The notes under the pieces: generated by a model | The model's database searches: none | What the model was told of the DNA's origin: nothing | Seen by the model: the letters and a program-made list of their open reading frames with translations, nothing else | Made by a program: the position numbers and the translations under genes | In this document: positions 34,720 through 50,974 of the stretch, piece after piece | How positions within the stretch are numbered: position 1 is the first letter of the stretch | Layout of the letters: the number at the start of each line of letters is the position of its first letter | Assembly: GCF_009914755.1 (NCBI RefSeq) | Contig: NC_060929.1 | Direction: 5' to 3' (one strand) | Length of the DNA: 64,000 nucleotides | Source: the human T2T-CHM13v2.0 reference genome, Homo sapiens

Positions 34720-35010
34720 GTGCCTCACTGGAAAATAAGCCAGATCTGGCTTTGAATTTTAGTTTTGTGACTTGGAATATAATCTTGAGTAGACATTTTA
34801 GTCTCTTTGAGTCTCAGTTTATTTATCTTAAAGGAGGTGAAATATAGCCTACTGGACTGTTATGAAGTTAAACGAGATCATATAGATATGCTTTGTGTAT
34901 ATATTTATGTATACATACATGTGTACATATATTATTTATATACACATATATAAACATACCAAGCACCCAGCACTGATTCTGGAAACATAAGACTCAACAA
35001 ATGTAAATCA
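34720..35010 (+). mobile_element. MIR SINE with AT-rich insert
   Basis: cagatctggctttgaatt...ctctttgagtctcagtttatttatct...aagttaaacgagatcatat. Confidence 0.6.
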
Positions 35011-35102
35011 TTTTCTTTTTGTGTCTACTGCTTTCTATTCCTTCTGCCCCTATTTCTCTCCTCCAGGTTGCATTGGCACTTATAAATTTTTGTTCCTACC
35101 TC

Positions 35103-35398
35103 TTTTTTTTTTATACTTTAAGTTTTAGGGTACATGTACACAACGTGCAGGTTTGTTACATATGTATACATGTGCCATGTTGGTGTGCTGCACCCATTAA
35201 CTCGTTATTTAGCATTAGGTATATCTCCTAATGCTATCCCTCCCCCCTCCCCCCACACCACAACAGGCCCCAGGGTGTGATGTTCCCCTTCCTGTGTCCA
35301 AGTGTTCTCATTGTTCAATTCCCACCTATGAGTGAGAACATGCGTTGTTTGGTTTTTTGTCCTTGCAATAGTTTGCTGAGAATGATGGTTTCCAGCTT
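35103..35398 (-). mobile_element. L1PA4-like 3' fragment (~300 bp)
   Basis: L1 3' UTR with T-tail; TSD ttttgttcctaYctctt at 35088-35104 and 35397-35413. Confidence 0.92.
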
Positions 35399-36591
35399 TT
35401 GTTCCTATCTCTTCAGATTTTTTTTTGGATACCTTTTCCTGCTTAAGAGGCCAGGAAGTCTGCCATGGGAGCTGATTATGGGAATATCTTCTGTTTCAGA
35501 TTTGTCTATAATAAGAGACTAAGAAACGTGGACTGATAAAAGTTAAGGGTATCAGAAAAGTAGACATTATTGGATTATGTAAAATAAAGCCAATGATACA
35601 AAATATAGAGCCATAAAATTGAGATTAAGAAACTTTGGGTCTAGCAGGGAATTGGGGAACATTTAAATCAAAGACCGGGTGAAGGGCTTTTGCTCTCTAC
35701 TGGGCTCCACTTGGTCTGGAAGGCAAGGAACTTGCACAGGGGCCTGGGGTCTTTTCAAATGTTCAGAGATATAAGGGAAACTAAATCTTTTAGTGGTGAG
35801 AGGTAGAGAAAGTAATTGCCTGGAGGCAAATTTCATTGGCACTCAGGAAGGGTAAAATTGACCCAGTAAAAGGTTAGTATGGAAGAAGAGAATGCAGAGG
35901 AATGAAACAAACAGCAAACAGAGGCACAGGCCTTTCCAGAGGTATCAAAAATAGCAATAGCAGTGAAATACTTTTGGGAATGAACGAATGGCAAAATTCT
36001 TGGAAGCCAGAGCCACTGCATGTAAATTCTCGGGGGAAAGAGCATGCTGTAGTTAGCCATGAGCTAGACTTGAGTTCATCATTAGTCATTTCTCTAACAA
36101 ACCACAAGAGAATGCATGATTAATTAGAAATGTGAGCAATTTTTTAAAATCAGTGAATATAGTTTGTTCCATATGAGGCGTTCTAAAAGTCACAGTAACC
36201 TCCTCTAGTGGATATAATTTTAATTTTTAGTATTTTTCTCTAGAAATGTTGATAGATAACTTCAAGGAAACTTGGGACCAAATTCTGCCTCGACATACAG
36301 TACTGCCTTTTGAGAACTGCCTGTCTCAGTTTTGTGATCAAACTCTAATAAAATTTTCTTATATAACCTGAGTACTGTGCCAAGAGATTTATGTTCATTA
36401 TCTTACAAAAGCTCAAATACATGAGTTGAGATTCCTCTCCTGCCCACTGTTAAATGAAGAATCTGCAACTCAGAAAGTTTTCAGTACTTTGTCCAATATT
36501 GTAAAACCAATAGGTAACTGTTTCAAATATAAATCATACTAATTCCAAATCTTAAGGGAATGATGGTACACAAAGTAGTGATTTGAGGATT

Positions 36592-36875
36592 CTTCATCTT
36601 CTTCTTCTTTTTTTTTTTTTTCTTTTGGGTCACAGTCTCACTCTGTTGCCCAAGCTGGAGTGCAGTGGCACAATCAAACTCCTGGGCTCAAGTGATCCTC
36701 CCACCTCAGCCTCCTGAGCAGCTGGTACTACCCATGCATGTCACCATGCCCAGGTAATTATTTGTAGATACAGGGTCTCTATATTTTGCCTAGGCTGGTC
36801 TTGAACTCAAGAGCTCCTCGCATCTCAGGCCTCCCAAAGTGCTGGGATTACAGGCATGAACCACCATGCCCAGCC
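36592..36875 (-). mobile_element. AluJ (Jo-like) with internal deletions
   Basis: ctcctgggctcaagtgatcctcccacc diagnostic; TSD ttgagga at 36583 and 36876. Confidence 0.88.
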
Positions 36876-37554
36876 TTGAGGAATTTTTTTTAACAACCTT
36901 CCTCCACAAAGTCAGATTCCTCCACAAAGTCAGGTTAATTGAGGTTTTCTCAATCTTATATAAAATATGAATAAAAGAAATATAAACCTTTCGTTTTTAT
37001 AGATCTGGTAGCATATAATCTAAATTTTTAAAAAAGGAGCTTGTTCTTAAAAATGCCTCTTCAAAACAGGTCCAATAGCCTTCCCTCTAATCACCAAATT
37101 ATCCCCTCTGAGCTCTACTTACTCAAAAACTTAGAAGTCACCATTCAACCCTGCTTTTTAGCCATGGAGTAAACAAAGAGAAACCTGCCAATACTGAAAA
37201 ACTTGAAAATGTGTGATTACCACTCTTCACTTGGTCACTTTCATTATTTGGAATGATATTTCCTTTTTGAGAATTATGTCCTCTCTGGATCTGACACAGT
37301 CATAATGTCTTCTGGGCTGACCCCTGATTTTTTCCTATTTTATACAAAAACATCAATTCTAGTGTTCCTAAGTGTCATGCATTAAAATTCTTCATCTCTA
37401 AAAAAGGACTAGTGAATATGCAAGTTAGATCAATTTTAGAAGTGGTTTGAAGTAATTGGTAAAATATTTAAAGTTACAAACCAAATCAGAAGAAAGTTCT
37501 TAATCTCTGTTCCATCCCTAGGAGATGTTACTGCACCTCATGAATATTTAAAAT

Positions 37555-37881
37555 CAGGTCCACAAATTCAACTACCTAAAAAGGCCAGTAGGTATAAAGG
37601 AATGAACTGGGCTCTACGTAGGAACAAAAATTGGAGTCCTAAGCCTATGTAAGGAAGACACATATTGTTAATCATTATCATCTGATTATTGCCCCGAAAA
37701 AGCCAAGACTAGCATTGTCAGATTAAATATTTCAAGAGAAACTGTAAATTCAAATTTTCTTAAGTAATGTTTCTGATTTGTAAAGATTTTCAACTAATTT
37801 TAAAAAGTTTAAAACAGTGTGGACCAAACAAAACACATTTTTAGCCAATTTGGTCTATATTCTACCAAATTTCAAACTCTG
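37555..37881 (+). mobile_element. MER103C-like hAT-Charlie relic
   Basis: caggtccacaaattcaa...tttcaagagaa...aaaacagtgtggaccaaacaaaacac...aaactctg. Confidence 0.7.
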
Positions 37882-38379
37882 TTATATTCAGTATTTTCAG
37901 TAGTGAGTCCCAAGGTTATTCATGCTAATGACCTGTTGACCTACAGCTCTTGGCTCAGGCTTATGTGTGACCATGATTTATATAGAACTAGGGGCATGAA
38001 AACTTTTTCTACCAAAGGTCACTAACTCAGCATCTCTCCTGCAATATTGAGAAGTAACAAGAAACCTAATTATTTATCCTATAGGATTTTGGAGAGTGAA
38101 TAACATAAAGTGGACCACAAAATTATTTAATTGATATGATAAAATATATTTTAGTTCCCAGTAATAACCTATTAGTGTTAGCAAAGAAAGTTGGAAAATA
38201 ATCAAGATAAAAGGGATAGAGAAAAAAAGAAGGGCATTAGGAGATAATGGTAGGTGGACAACAGAATGCAGGGAAATGAAAAGGGGTAGACAACCATAAG
38301 TTGAATACTCTAATAAAAGTATTAGAAGTAAACTTTTTTTTTTGCTACATGATACATTAGAGAAAAGGTCTTTGTCATA

Positions 38380-38570
38380 GTTAAGACCCAACTCCTGGCT
38401 CTAATGATCAGCCCTCTGACTTAAACCTCTCTAAATCTATTTCCTCATCAGTAAAATGGGGATAATATTATCTACTTATGGTATTAATTAAATAAATAAA
38501 CCAGTTAAATATATGTAAAGTGGCTAGAACAATGGCTATTTCTTAAGCATAAACAAATCTTAATTATCTT
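38380..38570 (+). mobile_element. MIR SINE
   Basis: acttaaacctctct...tttcctcatcagtaaaatggggataata...atgtaaagtggctagaaca. Confidence 0.75.
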
Positions 38571-39425
38571 TCTTATTATATTATTTTAAATTTAAGCTTT
38601 AATTTTCAGTAAAAATTCTTTTTTTCCATTGGTAAATATTTTTATGATGTTTTCATTTTCAAATTTTATTTTTCAAATATAGGCTTTTCTCATGCCTTCG
38701 TGAAGATTTCTGGGGTTGACAAAAGGATAATTTGTGTGTGTATGTGTGTGTGTGTGTGTGTTCTTAATTATATCTATCCTAAGTCAGAGTTGCAGGAGCT
38801 TATGTCACTCTGCTTAGAGACTTGGTCTTTATGCAAATTCAACTTATATATTTAATTTTCCGTCCATTTAAAAAATTATTTTGGGCAGAGATTAGTTTGG
38901 TTTATTTTGGGCTTTGGTTTTTAAAGAGCCCCAAACTGACTGAACTTGATGTATTTATATCATGTAGATATCAGGTGTCATTTTATTTTTTCTTTTGCAG
39001 TTTTTATACATTTTCTTTTATTTAAACACTCCATTTTTTTCTGTTTATTATTAACATTTTGCACATAGTTCATAACACAGGACCCAAGGGACTGTAAGAT
39101 GAAGTCTTTGTTTTATAATATTACTTTTCCTACTAGATACTATGTTGTGTAGTTTATGCACCAGCATTCAATGTAGAACAATTAGTTCAATGGTTAATTA
39201 CAAGTCTGTCTTGGGTGGACTATTTTTTCTGATATTTACTGATCCTGGAAAGGTTCATATCACTGCTGGATGTCAGCAGAGGTTGAGCCTCTAAGTGGCA
39301 TTTGTAACAGTAATCAGAGAGATGTCATAAACTGTTCAAGAGTAATATTTGAGTGAATTTGTCCTCTTGATGCCTTAGCTAAATTTCTTAATTAATGTCT
39401 GTTTAGATAATATATATGAGCTCAC

Positions 39426-39452
39426 CAGGAAGACCCTACCATTATCTAATTC
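39426..39452 (-). CDS. Candidate 27-nt micro-exon ELDNGRVFL
   Basis: taattttgtttttgttcag|GAATTAGATAATGGTAGGGTCTTCCTG|gtgagc. Confidence 0.52.
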
Positions 39453-40280
39453 CTGAACAAAAACAAAATTACCAGTACTATCAGTTCTTCTTTCAGAAAT
39501 ACTTATTTTATCATCCTTTCATATCTTAATATTTGCTTTTAAAACATAGTTGAATTTTTCTAAATAATTATAAAGGGTTTTCTTGCAGTTGAACAGAAAT
39601 TATGCCTTTCTTCTTCCACATTTATTTTCTCACTACAGTGCTAAAAGAATTCACTTCTACAACCCACCCAAATCAATGACTAAGCTGGTGGTTTGTATTT
39701 CATAAACAAGGCATTATTCCTTTTAATTTCATCCCCTATATTAGGATCTTCTTTCTTGCTTCTTTCTTTTTTATTTTTTAGTTCTTGCCAAGTGATTTTA
39801 TTAGGCTCACAGCTCTGTGGTCCAGCTTCTAAAATTGTCAGCTTAAGTTAGAAATATGTGTCATTACAGTCATTCCGAAGTATTAAGAAAAGCAGAAATC
39901 TGGTGACATGAGAACTTGAAGAAAAAGAAAGTTGGCAAAGACTGACAATGGTTAGATTGGTTCTTGGCAGTGCTAGAGATATGAATTTTGTCATCTTTAT
40001 TATCATTTTTTCCATTCCTGGAAGTAAAGTAATTTTGGAGGTAATTATAACTTCATATATTTAGCACTTATTTTGCCATTTTCTCACAAACATGTATATT
40101 TTTAAGTAAACTAAAAAGTTTTATTTAATTAATAGAATTTTAAAAGAAAAATTATTTAATTGTTGCCTACTATATCCATATAGCAGCTTTCAAATGCATG
40201 CTTTCATTCTCTGTCAACACTCACACACATACAGTATTACATAATATACATATGTGTGTGTATACACACACGCATACACA

Positions 40281-40919
40281 CAGTCCATTTTTGTTATTTG
40301 TGGATTTCATTTTTGTGAATTGGCCTACTTGCTAAAATTTATTTGTGACTCCCAGACCAATATGGGTGGTGCTTTTCTGGTCATTCATGGACATGTGTAT
40401 GCACAGAGTGGGAAAAAATGTGAGTTGGTCCCAGGCACACATTCCCCCAGCTCAGGTCAAAGTGTGGCATCACCTTCTTGTTGCAGATCTCCTACTGTTA
40501 ATAAGTGTTTTTATTCACAGTCTGGTGAATTTTTCACATTTTTGTGCTTTTTGTTGATTATTTCTCTATTTAAAATGGCCTCCAAGTATGTGCTGAAATG
40601 CTATCTAGTATTGCTAGACACAAGAGTGCTGTGATGTACCTTAGGAAGGACGTATGTTTGTTAGATATGCTTCATTTAGATATAGTCAGTCAGTGCTGCT
40701 GACTGTGAATTCAATGTCATTGAGTAAACAATGTATACTAAATAAGGTGTGTTGAAACAGAAACACACATAAAACAAGGTTATATATTGATGTGATGACC
40801 AGAGGCTCCCTGAAACCTAACCCTGTGTTTCCTCTAGGAGTGATAATTCAGTATTCATAGATACAGCATTTATGGTGACTTTATAGAATGTTACTACCAT
40901 AAATAATATGAATACACTC
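40281..40919 (+). mobile_element. MER82 (TcMar-Tigger) near full length
   Basis: gcctacttgctaaaatttatttgt...aaacagaaacacacataaaacaaggtt...gaccagaggctc...aacctaaccctgt. Confidence 0.85.
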
Positions 40920-41623
40920 TATATACCTTATTAAGTTTTAAATTTATACTATTCACATATATATATATAATCACATATGCACCTATTCACACACGTAAGT
41001 ACACATTTATTTTTAACTAGCTCTCTAGTTACACTACCAAAGTTTGAGGAACACTGGTTTACTAGGATATGAAGTTGAAGGGCATAAGAATTTACAGTTT
41101 AGATTCAATTGGCTAACAAAGGTGCCTAGAATTGTTTCTGTTTTTCTTGTGAAATAGCCATTGCAACAATTGGATCAGTCTATTATTTTAGTAATAACTC
41201 ATTTTCTGGGAGTTAAACAGACTCCAGACACTTTCCATCATAAATCTATGGTTTCTGGTTCCTGCTTATTGCTGTCATCTTCTCTGCCAGCTCACATTTC
41301 GCTCTCTCTTCCTGAGAAATTATTAAGCAGAAAGAGAGTGGAGTGAAATATTTAAGGTTTTGAAAGGAAGTAGAGGTAGAGAAACTAGGTGCTTTCTCCC
41401 TAAGATTGGGAGCCAAGGATGTCTCCATTTACCAGTCCTTTTAAACATCATACTAGATGTTCTAAGTAATACAATAAGTTCAATAAATAAAAGTGTGTAT
41501 GTTGATTTAGAAGAAGTTTATCCTCAGAATACATGACTTCCTAATTAGAAAAATCCAAATAATTGACAAAAAACTTCTGCAATGAAGAAAAATCTATAGT
41601 GTGGTTGCAGGATATAAAGTTAA

Positions 41624-42010
<387 letters not shown>

Positions 42011-42024
42011 TGAAATTTGTTTTT

Positions 42025-42135
42025 AAGATATCACTATGTTGATCAGGCTGATCTCAAACTCCTGAGCTCAAGATACGATCCCACCATAGCCTCCCAAGTA
42101 TCTGAGATTACAAGTGACTGTTACTGTACTCAGCT
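42025..42135 (-). mobile_element. Free Alu monomer (FLAM-like)
   Basis: tcactatgttgatcaggctgatctcaaactcctgagctcaag...gattacaagtg single arm. Confidence 0.75.
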
Positions 42136-44721
42136 CAACTGGAATTGGAAATTAAAAGTATAATGCCATTTACCTTAATAACAAAAGATTAAGTGTTCAA
42201 TTATTAATCTAACAAAATGTGTACAAGATCTATTTGAGGGAAACAACAAAATTCTGATGAAAGAAATCAAAGAAGATCTAAATTAATTAAGAGATATTCT
42301 ATGTTTCTGGATAGTAATATTCTATATTGTTAAGATATTATTTCTTCCCAAATCGAAGTACTGATGCAATGTAATCTCAATCAAAATACTAGCATAATTT
42401 GTCATGATTGCCAAAAACCAGAAGAAATCAACATGCCCTTCATTAGTTAATGGATAAACAAACTGCAGCATGCAAGAGAACACTATTCACCAATAAAGAA
42501 GTGAAGACCCTAAGCCACAAAAAGACATGGAGGAAAGTTGAGTGTATATTGCTACATAAAAAAAGTAAATTTGAAAAGCTATGTACTATATGATTCTAAA
42601 TATATAACATTCTAGAAAAGACACAACTATAGAGACAGTAAGAACAGTGAATACCAGAGGTTTGAGGAGGTGGAATGGGGATGGAGCACAGGGGATTTAA
42701 TAAGTCTACTCTTATTAAGTAAGGGAGAGTAGTAAGTCTACTCTCCATGATAGCACAATGGTGGCTATATGGCATTATGGAGTCATCAAAACCCTAGAAC
42801 TGCAAAATATTGATAGAGAATCCTAATGTAAACTGTGGACTTTAGTTAATAATAATATATCAGTTTATTAGGCAACAAATGTGCCACACTCATGTAAGAT
42901 GTTAATAATAAGGGAAACCATGAGCAGTAAGAGGTGATTCATGGGAACTTTCTGTACTATCTGCTCAATTTGTTGTAAACCTAAAACTCATCTAAAACAT
43001 AAAGTCTATTAATTTTTTAAAGTTTATATTAGATATTTAATTTGTAAAAGATTATTTTATCCCATCTTTTACTTTCTTGTGTCAAATAATGAAAACTAGT
43101 TTTAAAAATGATCATTACGAGTCATTATAGAAATACTGAGAAGACTTGTACATGTGTGTAAAATAATTGATTGTGATAAAAATTGACTACAGTGATGCTT
43201 AAGTTGCTAGAAGGTATTTTAAGTCGTGGAGAGGAAGAGAGAGGTAGTGATTCCAGCAGGGAAAACAGCATGTGTTGACTCAAGAAGACAGAGTAACGAT
43301 GTTGTGAGACAATGAAGTGGGAGGCAGTGGCATATGATAGAGGTTATTTAGAAAAGTAGGTTAGATTAAAGTTATGAAGAAGTTTTGATGCCAGGGGAGG
43401 TGTTTATCCAAACCTGTAGACATAACAGTAACATGAACAAAGTAGTGTTTTAAGGATTAAATAATGTCCATGGGAATATACTTAGTCCAATGTCTGGAAT
43501 ATTGAAGGGACTCTATAAATGTTAAATTTCTTGTCTTTTCAGATAATTATTTTCATGGTTAAATCAACTCTCAAGCAATATTAAGTGGGTGAGTCATAAT
43601 AACCAACCACTTGGGACAAAATATAATTAGTACCCTAAATTAAAATTACGTTAAAATACATTTTCCTCCTTCAGTCACAATGCTAATTGATTAACGTATA
43701 TGTCATATTTTTATTTAGATTGCAAGCTTCTAAAGGGCAGAGCATTAAAATTTTATCATTAGAAACAGAACTTTCTATATAGAGTGGTTATTAATCAAAT
43801 ATTGCTTAGGTATTAAATGAATCATTAGGATGCAATTGATAAGATATGATTAGAACTCAGACTGATTAAAATGCTCTGTAATTTGGATGATCCGTGCTGC
43901 TCTTCACTATTCAAGCACAAAATAACTAAATTCTTCTCTTTCTCTGATAGGCTAAGGGTATGATGATTCTTAAGTGTCCATTACTTGAAAAAAATTATTT
44001 AACAGACATATGTAGACAATTTTCTTATATAAACTAAAGTGTTCTCAGTTGATTCTCTACTTAAGACAATTTAATTTCCACAGATCTTGGTGACATTATT
44101 TGAGCATTTAATGAATATTAATACTTATTCACCAAAAAATCTAGTCCAAGTGATTTACAGTCACTCAGAACCTTAGAGATGAGGAAATGAGGAGGTATCA
44201 CATAATGAGGCAAGGACCCTACAATGGCCAAAGAGTTTCATGATGAGGGGAATGTAATTAGTGAAAGAACAAAGCTTCTGTATCTGACTGCTAATTAACC
44301 TATTCACAGTTAAATCAAGAAGAAAAAAAAGCTTTGGGGAAAAAAGGTCATCCTATCTTCAAGCAGACTTTTGAGACTGCTATTTCTCTTTTTCATTTCT
44401 GTGAGATTTCATTGTTTAGTCTAAAATCTGAAATGACAACTTTTGATGTATAAAATCTAATATTAAAACCTTGAATTTCTAAACTTCAAGATTGTTCAGC
44501 ATGATTTTTTTCAGTACATCAAGATTTCAGCTTGTTTTTTTTCAGTACATTGTGTTTTCTACTTTAAAAATACATATTTCAGAAGGCACTACTCATCATC
44601 CCCCAGTACTCTTAACTATCATCATTAGATTCAATTGATTAGATTTAATTCATTAGATATTTAATATTTTAAAACTCAGTAGACATATATCACTTAAAAT
44701 AACTATGGTTAACATCTATTA

Positions 44722-46084
<1,363 letters not shown>

Positions 46085-47081
46085 GCTATTTGTTTATGTA
46101 AGTTACAAATATTATTTTTAAAAATCAGCTTATGTTCTTACACCTTGACTAGGTCGTTGACCATGTTCAAGGTGATCTGCCTTTTTGTTTCTGTCTCTAT
46201 CATCAGTGTTGTAGTGGTGGCCCCATCATCATATTGATGACTCAGCCTATGATTATATATGCAGGACAAAAGGGGAAACAACTTCACATAATCTGCATGA
46301 ATCAAAGTGCTAAAATAGTTTTAGTTCAGTCCCCTAGATCCAGACTCCAGAAGAGTTGGGGACAGCAAAAATACACTACAGATTTACAGTTTTTGTCCAT
46401 AACATTGTAAACTAAAGAAAGCTAATTCTCCACTTATTAGTTCTCATCAGCATAAGGGGCTGGCCTCATATTTACTCTAAAAGATTTGAAAGGGGTTGCA
46501 GTTTAACTTAAGAAAATAGTCTCATACAAATTCACAGTCTCATAAAATGGAGAAAGCATTCCAATAAATGTATTACCCGATTTGAACATTGCATTTCATT
46601 GATAGAGTGTTGGGTTTCATGGTACTGGTAACTGATGGAAGTTGAAGAACAAGGTTCTGGAAAGCAATTTTAGTTGGCATAGTTCAGAGAAAGAAGTTCT
46701 TTCATATTCCCCCCAAAGTATTTTACAGAGTATATTATTAAAATTCTTTACTTCAGAAGATTTTATTTACTAAACAGCCTAAAAACAGTGAGCCTCCCTT
46801 TAAGATCTTGCTTACACTGTAGAAGATAGGGAGAACAGAATGAATCAACCAGATTCCCAGAAAACGTTTGTAGGTGAATAGCAAAGTGAGTGTATAGTTG
46901 GCTGAGTCATGAGATGTCATAAAGATTTGTAGCTGGCTGGTCCCTGAGGTATTTTTCAGAATGATTTGAACACATTTAGAGAGTTCTTGAGGAAGTTGTT
47001 TCTTCAAGGCATTTGTGTGTGCATGTGTGTGTGTGTGAGAGAGAGAGAAACCAGAATGTACTTCAGCACACAGTCTATTGC

Positions 47082-47270
47082 AGAGCAGTTCTGAAACTTA
47101 AGCATGCAGTATCAGTTGAACGTCTTGTGAAAACACAGGTTGCTTGGCTTCAATCTCAGAATATTTTATCCACTGAGCCTAGGATGGGACCTAAAAATTT
47201 GCATTTCCAACATGTCCTCAGATGATGCTGATGCTGCTGGTCTGGGGACCCCATTTGGGGAATTCTAACT
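47082..47270 (+). mobile_element. MER5A hAT-Charlie MITE
   Basis: cttgtgaaaacacag...aatttgcatttccaaca...tgatgctgatgctgctggtctggggacc. Confidence 0.85.
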
Positions 47271-47655
47271 GCTCTGGAGCAGATTCAGTCCACCGTATAG
47301 CCATAGATTAACTAAATAACTTGGAAGTCAACGAATTCCACCTTCTAGATCCTGTTTTAGCAATATCTTTCTAAGAACTTTTTGAATTTGAAGCCAGCTG
47401 TCTGGCTTCTGTCTGTGTCCCCTTGGAGTACAAATCCAAATAACATGTTGCTAAATTTCGTTTCCTTTTCATCATGTCCTGTTTTTCCCTGGGTTGATAA
47501 ATCTTTGAAATTGTTCAGAAATGTTCAATAATTTGGTTCAGTGCTCTTGGTCCCAAAATAAATGAGATACTATGAGAAATTATAGGCTTTTTAAATAAAG
47601 ACAAATAAAGGTAATACTTTTAAAATTAAATTTTAGATAACTACCACTTGCATAC

Positions 47656-47661
47656 CTTGAA
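47656..47661 (-). CDS. Possible 6-nt micro-exon FK
   Basis: tttcaaatactgttag|TTCAAG|gtatgc; good donor, weak acceptor, frame-neutral. Confidence 0.25.
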
Positions 47662-47809
47662 CTAACAGTATTTGAAACTTATGCATGAAATGTATTCCAA
47701 ATGAAAATATCATCTCTGTGTTTATGCCTGTTTCACATTCACAGTTTTTTTGAAACTTAAGAATTGGACTGGATTATGCTAACATTTCTGAAAAATAACT
47801 GCAACTTAC

Positions 47810-47822
47810 CTCCTCCAAATAC
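47810..47822 (-). CDS. Candidate 13-nt micro-exon (R)YLEE
   Basis: tgtttttgttctatttcctcag|GTATTTGGAGGAG|gtaagt. Confidence 0.55.
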
Positions 47823-48732
47823 CTGAGGAAATAGAACAAAAACACTAGTAATTCCCCTAATACTCCTTCAAAACTCTATATTAGTATACACTTTTTTCAA
47901 ATGCATGGATTGAGTTAATTATTTACTTTAAGGTATACGCAGGTACTATATGTAGAAATTAAAACTTATCTTGAAAACATTTTGTTATCTCTACTTTCTA
48001 CTTCTCAACTGTTTGCCAAGCATACACTATACATTTTTCCCCTTTGTCCTTTTATTTTTCCTTATCTTATTTCTAACCATACAATCTTGAAAAAAAGGAT
48101 ATTTGAGTATATTTTTGATGAATGTTTTATGGATATGTCATAATCTGTCTCATCTATTTTTAGAGGTAAAAATCCCTGATGGGAAAGACATTGTCTTTCA
48201 ATGCAACATGTACCGCACGACTCGTATAATTTTTTGGGTATTTAATAACTTTTACATCACCATCATTGATATTATTATCATCAATCATAGACGCTGTTCT
48301 CAGCTCTGATTCAATTAGATGTAGAGAAAAAAGACGTCTCTTATGTTTCTGATTGCTGTTCAGCATAACAGCTCCCCTTTTTAAAAACACATCTGCTCTC
48401 TTTCAAGTAATTTTTGTGTGCCTCTCAGATCTGTAATGGTGGTACCTTCAAATTAGTGTCAGAGAAGTTAATTGAAATGAGCTAGCAGTTACTGATGAAA
48501 GTAAGTGCTGGGTTCAGCATGACAGTACTAACCTGTTTCCACGTGGCTAACCAGTATTGCACAAAAGTAAATCATTGAAATGTAGTCATTCTCTTAATCA
48601 TCTAATGGTTTTATTACTTACGTATAGACAAATGCACACAGGGCACCCTGTTGTCTTCAGTAAGGTCATTGAGTAATCATTAGGGTCGAGTAAACAAGGG
48701 TTATACTGCCCTTCTCAACATTGTAAACTTAC

Positions 48733-48747
48733 CTGCTTATATACATC
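48733..48747 (-). CDS. Candidate 15-nt micro-exon (W)MYIS(R)
   Basis: ctcattttatattttatatttctgctccataattatag|GATGTATATAAGCAG|gtaagt; perfect donor, upstream TGC. Confidence 0.55.
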
Positions 48748-49969
48748 CTATAATTATGGAGCAGAAATATAAAATATAAAATGAGTTTCACTGATACATA
48801 GGTTTACAGAGCCTGTAACCAGAGACACCATTTGTCCCTTCGAAAAGCTAAAATATTTTAGAACCTGAAAGATGTGTTGAATTAATTTTCATCTATGGAG
48901 TGCTTTGTTCAAATGTAATTTTATTTGGTAGCATTTTATGTGAAAGAGATAAAAGCATAAGTTGTGAATGAAGTCAAATTGGGAGGTCAGCTGGTTGAAC
49001 TGCTTTTCACACCAGCAGTTCCCAAGAAGCCTCCACAGTAAGACAAGGGATGTCAAAGCAGCATAAAAACTTCACTATTTGAAAGTTAATCAGTGGTCAG
49101 TTTTTTCTCCAAAGCGTTTATCACAATATAACATACCATGCACAGCATTTTATTTTCTTACTTATTAATTACTTTAATTGCGATCTAAGTTCTATGGAGG
49201 GAGGGCCTTTTTTTTGTTTGTTTGCTACATCATAGGTATTCAAAAGTATTTGATGAATGAATGAATGCATGGATGAATATGTTTACTAATTAGCACAGTG
49301 AAAGAACAAAATTAGATTTCCAGAATCAAAGAAAAAGTGAGACACAGTCACTGACCCAAAAGAACACACGGAGAATTTGGAGCAGATTAAATGTCCAAAA
49401 GAAACAACTAATAATATAAAGCCAGTACATACTAGATAGCTTTCCAATGGTAGAGGAACAGTGTACTAACATAATTCGGAAGAGAGGAAACTGGGTCAAG
49501 AAGATCAGGAAAAAATCAATAGGGGAAATGAAGAAAGAAAGTAGCTAACTAAATGTGTGGCCTTAAATAATGTGCTTAAACTGTCTAGGTCTCACTGTCC
49601 TCATATAAAATGTTTTTTAGCTAAGTAACCAGCAAGAACCCCAGGAGTTTTAGACACAAAAAGGATTCTTTGAATGGATGGTAAAAACCTAAACTAGATT
49701 GGAGACAATTTGTCTGCAAATTTGCCTTGGGAACTAAGTAAGGTTTAGTGCAGTATAGAGTTCATAAGAGTCTAAACTAAAATTTTCTTTAAAAACTGCA
49801 GTATACTGACTTCCTGTGCAATAGATTAGTTTTGCTCCTTTTGGAACTTCCTATAAGTAGAATCTTATGTGATGGACTACTTTCTTGCTTCTTTCACTTA
49901 ACATTGTGTTTATGACATTTATAAACTTATAACTTTAATGACTAATATATTTTTAAATATTACTTTTTT

Positions 49970-50445
<476 letters not shown>

Positions 50446-50584
50446 ACTTTTTGAAAATCAATTATTGTTCTTTTTTCCTCAATATTACCTGCTTATTAAT
50501 TATTTAAAATTATTCTGTTATTCCTCTTTATTATTTTTAGTTCTCTTTTACATTCACTTAGTAATTTTATGCTAAATATTAGAA

Positions 50585-50885
50585 AAAGTCTTAAAGATGT
50601 CCCAGGATCTCTTTAAAATTTCGCAAATTATTGGGAATCCCAAAGATTTTTTGATAATGCAGGCTACATATATTGATATTTACCATATTAGACATTAAAA
50701 CTGAAAAAGTGTTAAAACAAAGAATACACAACTACCTGTTACATTAGTCATTAGAGCAAGGATAATGCCACATGTTATGTTACCTTTGGAAAACTTCACT
50801 ATGTAATAAGAGAGTGAAAGCAAAAAAGCAAGTAATATTTAGTATTATTATGAAAATAATTGTCACTGCACACATTCCCTGAAAT
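50585..50885 (+). mobile_element. hAT-Charlie relic (Charlie4a/18a-like)
   Basis: aattattgggaatcccaaag...gatatttaccatattaga...ggaaaacttcact...tagtattattatgaaaata. Confidence 0.6.
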
Positions 50886-50974
50886 TTTCTTTTTTGGAAC
50901 TTGCTATCCTGGAGATTCAACATGAATACTTAATTTATCAGACTCTACTGTAGATTCATATTTTTTGTGTAATT

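Noticed and set aside
34895-34955. AT-rich quasi-palindrome
   Set aside because: Decayed (TA/CA)n low-complexity sequence is self-complementary by nature.
48622-48647. GTAAGT donor at 48616-48621 with a 26-nt upstream segment
   Set aside because: No polypyrimidine tract at the acceptor, and it breaks the frame.
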